Below, piece by piece: positions 8,449 to 17,858 of a DNA stretch of 64,000 bases (positions are counted from its first letter, which is position 1; the number at the start of each line of letters is the position of its first letter). The DNA lies in the NCBI GenBank assembly GCA_945860915.1, contig CAMARR010000011.1, positions 1,394 through 65,393 on the forward strand, in the 5' to 3' direction. The notes under the pieces were generated by a model. That model was given only the letters and a program-made list of their open reading frames with translations, was not told where the DNA came from and did not search any database. A program made the position numbers and the translations under genes. Origin of the DNA: Candidatus Kuenenia stuttgartensis (GTDB taxonomy: Bacteria > Planctomycetota > GCA-002687715 > CAIWVZ01).

Positions 8449-10086
8449 CTAGCGCTGTTTCTCAAACTCATCGCCGCGAGTCCACGTGGGACGACCGGAC
8501 GCGTCGACGACACGACAGAACGCCGAAAAGAGCAGCTGGAGGTCGTCTACAGCGCCTTCAAGCCGCCAACGGGAGTCGAACTGATCCGAGGGCTGATGGT
8601 AGTGCAGAGCCGTGTAGGAGCGTTGCACCGAGCGTCGGGTCTCGCCATCTTCAAGGAAGTCGCTCCCCGATCCAAGAAAGACGGATGGCACGCCGATCCG
8701 AGCAAAATTGAAATGGTCGGAACGATAGAACAAACCAGCCTCGGGGTTTGCGTCGGGCAAGAGTTTCCGCCCACGACGGTTCGCCTCGCTGGTGAGGACA
8801 TCTGTCAGATCGCTCTTGCCGTGACCGATCAATCTAAGATCGCGAGTGCGCCCCCAGATGTTGACGCCGTCGATGTTGAAGTTGGCGACGATTTTCTTGC
8901 GGGGAATGGTCGGGTATCGCGCGAACCACTCCGACCCAAGTAGCCCCTGCTCCTCGGCCGTGACCGAAACAAAAAGGACGGACCGTCTCGGCCGCGACCC
9001 ACTAAGTGCCCGCGCAAACGCCAAGAATGCGGCACATCCGGATGCGTTGTCGAGAGCACCGTTGTAGATCGCGTCGCCACCTTTGGGTGTTCCAATTCCA
9101 AGGTGGTCGAAGTGCGCGGTTACAACAATCGCTTCATCCCTAAGCTCTGGGTCCGTTCCGGGTAAGAGCCCAACAACGTTGCCTGATTCGAGCGAGCGCA
9201 CGTCGTTTCGTGTGGCCACGGAAACCGCGACATCGAGGACAACGGGTCGGAAGTCGCGCTTCTCCGCTGCGGCGCGAAGGACGCCGAGGTCCCTGCCGCC
9301 GAGCGTAACTAGGCGCTTCGACGCCTCTTCCGTCAACCACATCGCGAGCGCAAGCGGCTGTTCCGCGCTGAAAGGTAACCAACACCGTTCCTGAGCGTGA
9401 TTCGACTGCACCACTTGGAACGGGTACGACGCGGAGGGCGTCGTGTGAATGATCATGGCACCCACCGCGCCACGCCGGCGCGCTTCCTCGTACTTGTACG
9501 TCCATCGACCATAGTAGAGACGCGTCTTGCCTGCGAACAACGATGGATCCGCCGATGGGTCATCGTTCATGATCAAGACAACCTTGCCGCGAACGTCCAC
9601 GTCCTTGAAGTCATCCCAATTCTGCTCGGGCGCCGTGATTCCATATCCGACGAACACCACCTCTGCACGCTCGATGCGGCTCTCGGTCGCTGGCGAGTAC
9701 GCGAAGCATGTCCAGTCATCGCGTTCGGCAAAGAGCGCATCGCCACCCTTCCCGAATGCCTGCAAAGGGCGGATGACCTCAGACTTGATGCCCGTGATGG
9801 GTACAGGTTGCGTAAAGCTGCCGTCCGGCATGCCGGGTTGAATCCCTGAGGAGGCTAGTGCTTGCGCAATGTAGGCGCGCGCGGCGGCATCACCGCGCTT
9901 TCCGACACCACGCCCCTCGAACTCGTCCGAGGACAAGCGCGCAATATCGGCCTTCATGCCGACAACATCGATCAGCTTCTCGCGCTCGGAGACCCGGTCG
10001 ATTCCCACGTGAGGAGGCGCGTCGCCAGTATTCGATTGGCACGATGCAAATAGCAAGCACGAGAGGACTAGAAGGATTCGGCGCAT
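8449..10086 (-). CDS. M28-family metallo-aminopeptidase lipoprotein with PA domain
   Basis: Lipobox LFASC. M28 motifs HFDHLG, NGALDNASGCA, TAEEQGLLGS and SDHFNFARIGVP are present. Confidence 0.85.
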   Translation of the reverse strand: MRRILLVLSCLLFASCQSNTGDAPPHVGIDRVSEREKLIDVVGMKADIARLSSDEFEGRGVGKRGDAAARAYIAQALASSGIQPGMPDGSFTQPVPITGIKSEVIRPLQAFGKGGDALFAERDDWTCFAYSPATESRIERAEVVFVGYGITAPEQNWDDFKDVDVRGKVVLIMNDDPSADPSLFAGKTRLYYGRWTYKYEEARRRGAVGAMIIHTTPSASYPFQVVQSNHAQERCWLPFSAEQPLALAMWLTEEASKRLVTLGGRDLGVLRAAAEKRDFRPVVLDVAVSVATRNDVRSLESGNVVGLLPGTDPELRDEAIVVTAHFDHLGIGTPKGGDAIYNGALDNASGCAAFLAFARALSGSRPRRSVLFVSVTAEEQGLLGSEWFARYPTIPRKKIVANFNIDGVNIWGRTRDLRLIGHGKSDLTDVLTSEANRRGRKLLPDANPEAGLFYRSDHFNFARIGVPSVFLGSGSDFLEDGETRRSVQRSYTALHYHQPSDQFDSRWRLEGAVDDLQLLFSAFCRVVDASGRPTWTRGDEFEKQR

Positions 10087-10132
10087 GCCTCAAGATTAAC
10101 GGAGCGGTGATCGCCGCGCCTGTGAGAAGGAT

Positions 10133-10681
10133 TCAGCTTGAGACGTCTTGCAGATACTCAAAGCCCTCACCGCGGAGGACATCGATGGAGAAGCCCGAAA
10201 TGGCGTCGCTCGGGGCGATGTAAAGCCCGCTTCCTTGAACCTGACTGAAATTGAGCATCGGAAACGCGCCGACGAGTTTCTTGTAAGTCGCCTGCTGATG
10301 CCAGGTGGGTTCAGGCAGATCGCACACCTCGCCAAGCATCACGTCGGCGCTGGAAGCAGCCTCGACGAGGAAAATGCCGCTCACGAGTATCAGCCGGCCG
10401 CCACGGCCGAAGTCTGCGTCAGGCCAACCGGCCATGGACTCAAGACCGCTCGCCCACTCTTCGTAGGTCGCATATCCCGAGTCTCTGATGAGATCCCAGG
10501 TTCCAAGGCGAGCAAATGGAATCAGCTCGACTAAAAGCGCAGAGGCTTTCGACCAGCATTGCCGCTGTGCGAGCGAATCCCCTGCCTTCCGATGGTCACG
10601 CACGACTTGACCTAACGCACGACGGGCGGATTCCTGCCCACTTGACTCGATCGCGAGTTGCACACCAAAGAACGTTGTCAT
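10133..10681 (-). CDS. hypothetical soluble protein, last gene of the ATP-grasp operon
   Basis: 182-aa ORF starting 3 nt after the upstream stop. Its layout is vaguely reminiscent of DUF1517-type proteins; this is from memory and unverified. Confidence 0.65.
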   Translation of the reverse strand: MTTFFGVQLAIESSGQESARRALGQVVRDHRKAGDSLAQRQCWSKASALLVELIPFARLGTWDLIRDSGYATYEEWASGLESMAGWPDADFGRGGRLILVSGIFLVEAASSADVMLGEVCDLPEPTWHQQATYKKLVGAFPMLNFSQVQGSGLYIAPSDAISGFSIDVLRGEGFEYLQDVSS

Positions 10682-10684
10682 CTC

Positions 10685-12079
10685 TTAGCCTCCGCTAGAA
10701 CCACCGACGCGCCCCCACGAACCACCAGGCGATGGCTTCGACGTCCTTGGCGTAAGCCCGGACACTATCGCGCTTCGCTTGGACGCACCCCCATCGAAGC
10801 CCGTGGTTGGAGCGGTCACACGTGGTTGTGTGCGATACAGGGTATCGGCAACTCCAGACGACCTCCCGCCATACCACCCATAACGGTACATCCAGTAGTG
10901 GAGCATCCACGATGATCCCGAGGAACGGCCAACTGGCTTTGTCGAAGCTTGCGATTGTGGGCGCGACTGCGCAGCTGGTGGCTCAACAGGCATGTAGGTT
11001 TCGGGAGGCGGAGAACCGACGGAGGACATCCCAAGGTGCCGGACTTCGATTCCATCTTTTTCGAGCGCGACGAATAGGTCCACAAGATCATCTTGCTCAG
11101 TAGGTTTGTCTGCGTCGGGGCGCACGTAAAGCACCTTCTTAACTCCAAGACCCCGCATCGCGGCGGAACTTGGCAACTTCGCAACCGACCGGTTGTCAAA
11201 CACATCAGGCTGATTGGCATAAGGAGCCAATCGATCGCCCTGCAAGACCCATGCTGATGGACGCGGCAGCATCCCATCCTTGCGCGATGCAAGAAACTTC
11301 GAACGCCAGTAAAGGAGTGCTCCTAGCGTTTCGTGGGACTTCACAACGCCCGAACGATGTGGAAGATTGTCGACTGTAATCACGACATCACACATCGAGG
11401 CAAGCCCCGCAGCAGCCGCCACCGCCTGCGACCCTGGTAAATCGATGATCAGGGCAAGCTCACGCTCGGCTCCAAGCGATTGGAGGGTTTCGGCCATGGC
11501 GACACCGCGGTCAAACGCCTGACGGTCTGCAGGCGACACCGATGGAACAATCCATGAAGGAGGCGTCGTACTTCCCGCGACGACGTCGCGTGGAACATCA
11601 AGTAGCGTCCGTACCATCCATGGGCGCAAGTCTTCACGGACAGGCTCGAAGTCCGCTGAAAGTGATTTGACACCAGCGCGCCACGAATCAGTGCCATCCA
11701 CTCCCACCGTCGAAGGCGAAGGAATCGTCGGTATCACCCGCTCGGCTTGCGCCTGCAAGGCGGCCTCTCGTTCCCTCAAGGAGGCATCACTCGAATTGGA
11801 GGACACGAGGTGTGCAATGGTCGAAACAACTACACCAACAACCGCGATGGCAATTATTGTCGGGACGACAGAAAATCGTCGCTTTCCAAGCGGAGCGTCG
11901 CTCGCGCGCCCCTTCACCCAATCCGACGAGGTCTCCCCCGATGGCGCGGAGTCGAGCCCACCCAGTGTTAGGTCTGCTGCCGTGCTCTTCACATGTTGTG
12001 TTGAGGTGAAGCGCACCGCGATGAGTGATCGGCTGTCGAAAAATACTTCTGTCAAGAATGCATCGGCTGCGTCGCTCAT
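10685..12079 (-). CDS. single-pass membrane protein with DUF1190 (YgiB/YjfM)-like C-terminal tail
   Basis: One TM segment (VVPTIIAIAVVGVVVSTIAHLV). The tail SSGSSWMLHYWMYRYGWYGG...TTGFDGGASKRS...SSGG resembles the E. coli YgiB C-terminus as I recall it. 4-nt overlap with the upstream ligase gene. Confidence 0.7.
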   Translation of the reverse strand: MSDAADAFLTEVFFDSRSLIAVRFTSTQHVKSTAADLTLGGLDSAPSGETSSDWVKGRASDAPLGKRRFSVVPTIIAIAVVGVVVSTIAHLVSSNSSDASLREREAALQAQAERVIPTIPSPSTVGVDGTDSWRAGVKSLSADFEPVREDLRPWMVRTLLDVPRDVVAGSTTPPSWIVPSVSPADRQAFDRGVAMAETLQSLGAERELALIIDLPGSQAVAAAAGLASMCDVVITVDNLPHRSGVVKSHETLGALLYWRSKFLASRKDGMLPRPSAWVLQGDRLAPYANQPDVFDNRSVAKLPSSAAMRGLGVKKVLYVRPDADKPTEQDDLVDLFVALEKDGIEVRHLGMSSVGSPPPETYMPVEPPAAQSRPQSQASTKPVGRSSGSSWMLHYWMYRYGWYGGRSSGVADTLYRTQPRVTAPTTGFDGGASKRSAIVSGLTPRTSKPSPGGSWGRVGGSSGG

Positions 12080-13311
12080 GGCTCGACTCCAACCGGACAG
12101 ATTTGGGCGAGCCCGTCGGTCGCGCCCTCGGATGTCCGCGCCAATACTCCGGAGGGCGCCGACCCCACCATCCAGACTCCCAAGTTGCAGATATCGCCGT
12201 TGCTATCGCGTTGCGGAACGAATGCTCGTTGCGCTACCCAACGTCGAGGCCGCATCTGAATGATCGACTCCGCCCAGACCTCGGGAGTTGTTGCGGATCC
12301 GAGGATGACCTCTTCGCCCTCGCATCCGTAATCGGACTTAAGCACCCAGTCCATTTGCTCATCCAAGAGGACCCCGGCCGGTACGTTCTCTGCAAAGTGA
12401 GTCTCGGGGAATGTCGCACGGGCAACCCCTTCGAGCTCGGCGGAGATGAGCCCCGGCATTTCCCAAGGCAAAGCCATGACCCGCTTGTTCTGAGGAATTG
12501 CGGCAGCGAAAGGATTGATGACGTTGACCTTGCCCGCGCCCAGTGCATCGGCGATGGCAAGAAACTCCCGCCCAAGCGGCGAAGCATCCGGTGGGTCTGG
12601 TTCGTCGAGCCAGATGGCCTCGCGTACTCCCCACCAGTCTGTCTTGTAGTGACGCAGCAAGAGGTCGCACTTCTTTCCAAACATACCTACGCCACGGTCT
12701 GAATGTGATTCGATGTTAAACGGCGAGCCCCGAACCACTTGACACCCCATCTCTCCAAGCCAACGCATGAGCAGCCGCGTGTGATTGGTGTCTTCGGTCA
12801 TCTCTGTCGGCTCAATTAGTCCGACGGTTGCCCCCCTAGGATCTTTGCCGAGGGCCTCGTTGACGGCCGACTTCCATCTCGGCTCAAGGAGGAGCGACGG
12901 ATGGCGCAGTTGCGGATGGCGGGCAGAACCGAGTCGCGACGACTCGATGGTCTCGGCCAATCCGGTCGGCGTATCGCAGTTGATTTCGCACGCAATTGGT
13001 CCGGAGCCCGTGTTCGTTTCAAAGACATCAACCCGCGCGAAAGTCAACCAACGTGGAGCATCGATGGACGCGATGGCCTGCAACGACGCCGGAATACCCA
13101 GAGATGCCATGACATCGGGGCGCTTGACGAGGACATTTACGTAGGCGTCTAGCACGCGGCACATCGAAACTGCGCACCCCGCCAGGCTCCCGAGGCGCCC
13201 CGCCGTCAGCACGATGGGATTTGCGTTGAATCGCAGGCGCCCCCCAACCCACGGGTCGCCAATGAGGCCGTGCCCTAGGATTTCGTCAGCGATTTTGGAG
13301 GAGTTCACCAT
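12076..13311 (-). CDS. glutathionylspermidine-synthase-family ATP-grasp ligase (YgiC/YjfC-like)
   Basis: GSP_synth-type motifs: CEINCDTPTGLAE, LLRHYKTDWW, VINPFAAAIPQNKRVMALPWE, WVLKSDYGCEGEEV. Confidence 0.85.
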   Translation of the reverse strand: MVNSSKIADEILGHGLIGDPWVGGRLRFNANPIVLTAGRLGSLAGCAVSMCRVLDAYVNVLVKRPDVMASLGIPASLQAIASIDAPRWLTFARVDVFETNTGSGPIACEINCDTPTGLAETIESSRLGSARHPQLRHPSLLLEPRWKSAVNEALGKDPRGATVGLIEPTEMTEDTNHTRLLMRWLGEMGCQVVRGSPFNIESHSDRGVGMFGKKCDLLLRHYKTDWWGVREAIWLDEPDPPDASPLGREFLAIADALGAGKVNVINPFAAAIPQNKRVMALPWEMPGLISAELEGVARATFPETHFAENVPAGVLLDEQMDWVLKSDYGCEGEEVILGSATTPEVWAESIIQMRPRRWVAQRAFVPQRDSNGDICNLGVWMVGSAPSGVLARTSEGATDGLAQICPVGVEP

Positions 13312-14096
13312 GCTGATGACAGCACCAACGCTGCGAATATGTAGCCTAGCCCTTCAACGCCACCAATCCACGGATCGCGATCAACGGAGACCCTACGGTC
13401 GAGCTCGGTTGGCGTCATATCGAGGACCAATCGCGCCACGACGAACTGTCTGAATGGGTAGAGCGCCAAGACCCAGACTAGGGAACGTCCGAAGGCTACG
13501 AGGGACGGACGCCATCCGTCAAACGTCCCCTCGGTCGCGCCGACGACCATCAGAGCAACCGAGAGGTGGAGTCCTGCGGAGGCCAACGCGGCTGCAATGT
13601 TCCCGGCGGCAACTTCATCCTGATCTCTAAAGCCTGTCACTTTGCGATGCGTTGCGCAGATCACGATGAGGGCAAGCCAACAGATACCGGCATAGGCAGC
13701 GCCAATGACGAATGACTGACCATCGACACCGCCAAAGCAGGCGGTCGAGACCGCTGCCGCTCCAAAAATGTGTGCGGTCCCTTGGATCGCGGCTGCGGGA
13801 TTGCTCGAGGCCAAAGAGCTCAGCCTCGGGAGCGGATACGCAAGGCTCACGAGCAAGTAGCCGAGCGGAAGCGCCAACACGGCAGCGACAATCTGGACAC
13901 TGGCCCATGCAAGATGAGTGCCGTCAATCGCCTTGAGTCGCGAAGCCCAGTCGCCGGCGTCGGGCACAAGTGCGACCACCGAAACCACTGCGTGGTCCAC
14001 GGCGGAAAGCACGGTTGCCGCGAGCGCGAGATGCATTGCCCCGCGAAGGAGTCGGGCAGGCACTGGTTGCGCGATCGAATTCGCAGAGGTCGTCAT
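13305..14096 (-). CDS. DUF350-like polytopic membrane protein (apparently two DUF350-type halves)
   Basis: Hydrophobic throughout. FRDQDEVAAGNIAAALASAGLHLSVALMVVGA matches the DUF350/YjfL signature as I recall it. Overlaps the ligase start by 7 nt. Confidence 0.75.
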   Translation of the reverse strand: MTTSANSIAQPVPARLLRGAMHLALAATVLSAVDHAVVSVVALVPDAGDWASRLKAIDGTHLAWASVQIVAAVLALPLGYLLVSLAYPLPRLSSLASSNPAAAIQGTAHIFGAAAVSTACFGGVDGQSFVIGAAYAGICWLALIVICATHRKVTGFRDQDEVAAGNIAAALASAGLHLSVALMVVGATEGTFDGWRPSLVAFGRSLVWVLALYPFRQFVVARLVLDMTPTELDRRVSVDRDPWIGGVEGLGYIFAALVLSSAW

Positions 14097-14193
14097 GTCA
14101 CCGCTCCTCCGTCATCGGACTACTGACGTGTGAGAAGCCTAGGCTTATTGGCAGCGCGTGGCAAGGCGGACCCAATCGGACTACCATGCGCAC

Positions 14194-15231
14194 ATGCGAG
14201 GCGAACTGGCACAGAAAGACACGAGGCTGAAAGCGTGGTGTGCCGCCACGGGCCATGACGGCATTCACCTCCGAACTCGTGCGAACGTTGCGTGGATCAC
14301 GGGTGGTTCCGACGTTTGCGTTGATCGTGCTTCTCCTCTCGGCGTCGCAAGTGTGCTTTGGACGCCACACGAGAAAGTGGTTCTGACCGATACGATCGAG
14401 GCTCGCCGTTTATTGGACGAAGAGGTTCCGTCAGGGTTCTCAATCTCTGCACATGACTGGTTCTCCTCTTCGACGCCGATCGCTGACGGCATCGCGACCG
14501 ACTTCCCGAATGACCCAATCACCGCGCTTCGCGCTCCGCTCACGCGCGAAGAAATTACCCGCTATCGCAAGCTCGGCTTTCTTGTGTCCACCGTCGTCGA
14601 ATCCGTGCTCAAGGACGTGCGAGTCGGAGATTCCGAGCTAGAGGTCGCGGGGCGACTCGCGGGAGTCCTTGCAACGCGCGGTGTGTCCTGTCCCGTGACA
14701 CTCGCCGCAGCCGACGGTCGTATCGCGGCTTACCGTCACCCGATCCCAACCAACTTGCGCATCGAGAAGGCGCTCATGCTCATCGTGTGCGCGGAGCGAC
14801 AGGGACTCATTGTCGCCATGACTCGCCTGATCCACTTCGGAGCCATCGCGAGCGACCTGCGAGCGCGTCATCACGCTTGCTGTACGGTGGACACGGCACT
14901 CCACAACGCGACGCAATACGGAACACCGCTTGCCGACATTTTCAGTTTGGCACAGCGGACCTACGCTGAAATGGGATTCGATGGCGAATGGTGCTTCCAC
15001 CATCAGGGTGGCCCCATTGGGTATCGGCCGCGTGACGCCATCGTCGTGCCGCAGGGCCCCGGACTTGTGCTTAAAGGGCAAGCCTATGCGTGGAACCCGT
15101 CAATTACGGGAACGAAAAGTGAAGACACGATCCTCGCGGGGGGAGAGGTACTAACGCCGTGCATCGACTGGCCGCTTGAAGAGTCGGGCCGGCCAGATTG
15201 GCTAGTGCGGCCCGCTACTCGTCGACGATAA
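14194..15231 (+). CDS. M24-family (creatinase/prolidase fold) peptidase
   Basis: N-terminal creatinase-like region followed by a pita-bread fold region (HHQGGPIGY, WNPSITGTKSEDT). ATG at 14194 inside track ORF 14158..15231. Confidence 0.75.
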   Translation: MRGELAQKDTRLKAWCAATGHDGIHLRTRANVAWITGGSDVCVDRASPLGVASVLWTPHEKVVLTDTIEARRLLDEEVPSGFSISAHDWFSSSTPIADGIATDFPNDPITALRAPLTREEITRYRKLGFLVSTVVESVLKDVRVGDSELEVAGRLAGVLATRGVSCPVTLAAADGRIAAYRHPIPTNLRIEKALMLIVCAERQGLIVAMTRLIHFGAIASDLRARHHACCTVDTALHNATQYGTPLADIFSLAQRTYAEMGFDGEWCFHHQGGPIGYRPRDAIVVPQGPGLVLKGQAYAWNPSITGTKSEDTILAGGEVLTPCIDWPLEESGRPDWLVRPATRRR

Positions 15232-15993
15232 TCAACTTCCGCGCAAAGCGAGCAGAAGCGACTCTCTGTGCTGCGTCCAGGCCTCAAGCACGTCGTTCGA
15301 CCTCGTGTGCTCGAGGGTGATGACCCCGATACCTAGGTCGCGGCCGGCCCAGGAGCCGAGCGAACCTGGTGTCGGAAACCCGATCTCCGCTTTCAGCGGA
15401 AAAAGCGAAAGCCGAGCCATCTCAGCCGCGAGTTCCGCCGCCGGGCCATCGAAGTTGATGCAGCGCAGCGGCTGGTGAATCGAGATGATCCGCTTTGGCT
15501 TGTACTTGCTAATGAGCATCGCCAAAAAAGTCGATTCCGGCTCCGATAGCGGCGCTGGACCTCGCTTGGCCGCTGCATCGAAGTTCCCAGCCGGGAAGTT
15601 TCGGTTTAAGTCGACACCGCGCGCGTTGAATCTACGGTTCTCTGCAAGGCCGTCTGGGTTCAGCACAGGAACGAAGATGGCGGTGCGTCCCTCGAGAGTC
15701 GCCGTGTTCGTCTTGATCTCCTCCATCAGTCGACCGAGAAGCCCCTGACCAACAGGTTCAGATCCGTGAACCACGCCGACAAAGAGCACATGTTCGGAGC
15801 CGCTTCCAATCGAGAACGCTTCAATCGGTCGGCCTTCGACGGACATCGCACGATCTACGGATTCTCGCCAAATCCCCGTTGAAGAGTTCCGATTCGACGT
15901 TGAGACTGGCGATGAGCCCGCCATGTCAGTTTCTCCGCCGGATGCGCACGCGAGGAGAAGACACGGCAATAGCAGCACAATGAACTTGTTCAT
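15232..15993 (-). CDS. M14-family zinc carboxypeptidase lipoprotein (MpaA / gamma-D-Glu-DAP amidase-like)
   Basis: Lipobox LLLACA. M14 motifs VVHGSEPVG, LNPDG, RFNARGVDLNRNFP and SIHQP are present. Confidence 0.85.
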   Translation of the reverse strand: MNKFIVLLLPCLLLACASGGETDMAGSSPVSTSNRNSSTGIWRESVDRAMSVEGRPIEAFSIGSGSEHVLFVGVVHGSEPVGQGLLGRLMEEIKTNTATLEGRTAIFVPVLNPDGLAENRRFNARGVDLNRNFPAGNFDAAAKRGPAPLSEPESTFLAMLISKYKPKRIISIHQPLRCINFDGPAAELAAEMARLSLFPLKAEIGFPTPGSLGSWAGRDLGIGVITLEHTRSNDVLEAWTQHRESLLLALRGS

Positions 15994-16041
15994 GGGCGAG
16001 CAGTCTAGCCGCCAATTCGGTGGCCGCGTAGGGCCTCGTCG

Positions 16042-17772
16042 TCATGCGCAGCCTCGTGTCATGGTGATCGCCAATCGCCGGATGCTGCCGGGGTCTGCCA
16101 TCGAAGCTGTCTTGGGTAGGATTCCATGGCGCCGCACATCAACGACCTCGTCGCGCGTGTGGCCTCCGGGCTTGCGGCGAGCACTGCTCCGGACTCGACT
16201 CCAGTCTTCATTCCGGAGTGCGCTACGCGTCGCAACCGCGGCAAGACTCGCTGCGGTCGCGAGTGCTGTATCGATCTCCTTGACCGATAGACGCGGAGGC
16301 CTTCCAGTCATCCATTCAGCCATCGCCACTGGAATTGCGGCGATGTCGTCGCCGATGTCCGATCCAACGACCGCGTCGAGAGCGCGATCTAGAAAGTGCT
16401 GTCGAGCGTGCGGGTCGTCGTGCGCCCGTAACGCCATATCAACCGTCAGCGTCACATAACGGGCTCTCAAGACCGGGTCATCTTCATGCGCGAGAGCCGC
16501 GGCAAGCATACAGACGGCACCCAGTCCATCGCCAGCCGACTCTCGCAAGGCGGCACGTGTCGCTCCGATACATGCCTTGACTGCCTGAGGAATCATCGAC
16601 TTCATCGCATAGCGCAAATGAGCGTCGGCGTGTTCAAGGCGTCCGTCCTCGACTGCGACCCACGCGAGTCCGACGTCCGCGGCCGGGCACCCTTCTGCGA
16701 CGGAGGCAGTCAACACTGCGACACCTTCGGCACGTCGGCCAAGGTCCAACATGGCGAGGCCGCCGAGCGTCGCAAGCGTTGGAGTACGAGCGCTTTCCGA
16801 AAGCACGGCGGCTCTAAGCGCCCCTTCAGCATCTCCTGACAAGAGTGCGGCGCGCGCCGCGACGGCGGCTAAGTCGACATCTTTGCGTTGCAGGTCGCCG
16901 AAATGCGCCACATGCTCGCGCGCCTCCGGCAACGCACCGACTCGATCGGCGAGGTGCGCTCCACGCTTTCTAAGGAGTGACGGCTCCCCGCCAGGCCATG
17001 GTGCGGAATGGGCGTCAGCATCTAGGAGTTCGAGGAGCGGCGCGTCTTCGGGCAGCCCTCGCTCGATGCAGGCCTTCCTACACGCCTGCGCAAACGCGAA
17101 GCGTCGAGTGCACGTGGCGGCCTCTAGCGCCGACGCAGCTCGATCGAGCAGCACTGCGGCTGCCGTGACATCTCCTATAAGCTCGGCAAGACTCGCCTCC
17201 ACGACAAGTCGTCGCGGCCCATCTTCATTCGACTTAGCAAGTTCAAGAAATCCGCGAGCTTGGTCCACCCGACCCTCGCATAGAAGCACCTCGGCGAGGT
17301 CGCTCGCGGCGAGTGGGTAGGTCGGATCATGGGCGAGCGCCTTGCGAAAGGCCTCGGCTGCATCAGGCAAGCGGCCTGCGCGCGCGAGGAGACGCCCTCG
17401 TGCGTGGTGAGCGCGTCCAAGGAACGCCGCGGGAATTGCCTTCGCCATCAGCGCGCGGTCGAGGCTTGCAGCGAGGGAGTTGAGGTCACTTGTGCGCGCT
17501 GGACGACTATCTTCAGCCGTCGCGATCAACACGATGTGATGAGCCCCCAAGACCCTCGCAGCGGATCTGAAGCCGCGCTTCAGGAGTCGTTCAGCAAGCC
17601 GCTCGCCTTCCTGCCCAGCCTCGGACCCACTTGCGAAGAGTGCGGATGCCGAAGCGACAGCACCGACGTCATCGTCGGCATCGACGGCACGTCGCAGCAA
17701 TGCCAGATGATTAGACGACTGCGCCCCGCCAAAAGCCGCTGTGTCGCTGAGTTGAATAGGGTTGTCTCTCAC
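16042..17772 (-). CDS. Ala-rich TPR-like helical repeat protein
   Basis: 576-aa ORF. Contains repeated helical-hairpin segments of TPR type (AAEAFRKALAHDPTYPLAASDLAEVLL). No catalytic motif seen. Confidence 0.6.
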   Translation of the reverse strand: MRDNPIQLSDTAAFGGAQSSNHLALLRRAVDADDDVGAVASASALFASGSEAGQEGERLAERLLKRGFRSAARVLGAHHIVLIATAEDSRPARTSDLNSLAASLDRALMAKAIPAAFLGRAHHARGRLLARAGRLPDAAEAFRKALAHDPTYPLAASDLAEVLLCEGRVDQARGFLELAKSNEDGPRRLVVEASLAELIGDVTAAAVLLDRAASALEAATCTRRFAFAQACRKACIERGLPEDAPLLELLDADAHSAPWPGGEPSLLRKRGAHLADRVGALPEAREHVAHFGDLQRKDVDLAAVAARAALLSGDAEGALRAAVLSESARTPTLATLGGLAMLDLGRRAEGVAVLTASVAEGCPAADVGLAWVAVEDGRLEHADAHLRYAMKSMIPQAVKACIGATRAALRESAGDGLGAVCMLAAALAHEDDPVLRARYVTLTVDMALRAHDDPHARQHFLDRALDAVVGSDIGDDIAAIPVAMAEWMTGRPPRLSVKEIDTALATAASLAAVATRSALRNEDWSRVRSSARRKPGGHTRDEVVDVRRHGILPKTASMADPGSIRRLAITMTRGCA

Positions 17773-17858
17773 GTCGAAGGTCCGTCCCTATCTCTGTCGG
17801 CAGGAACGCCTTTCTGACAGTGCTCTTGCAAATCCACCCAATTGGCTACATTTCTTCC

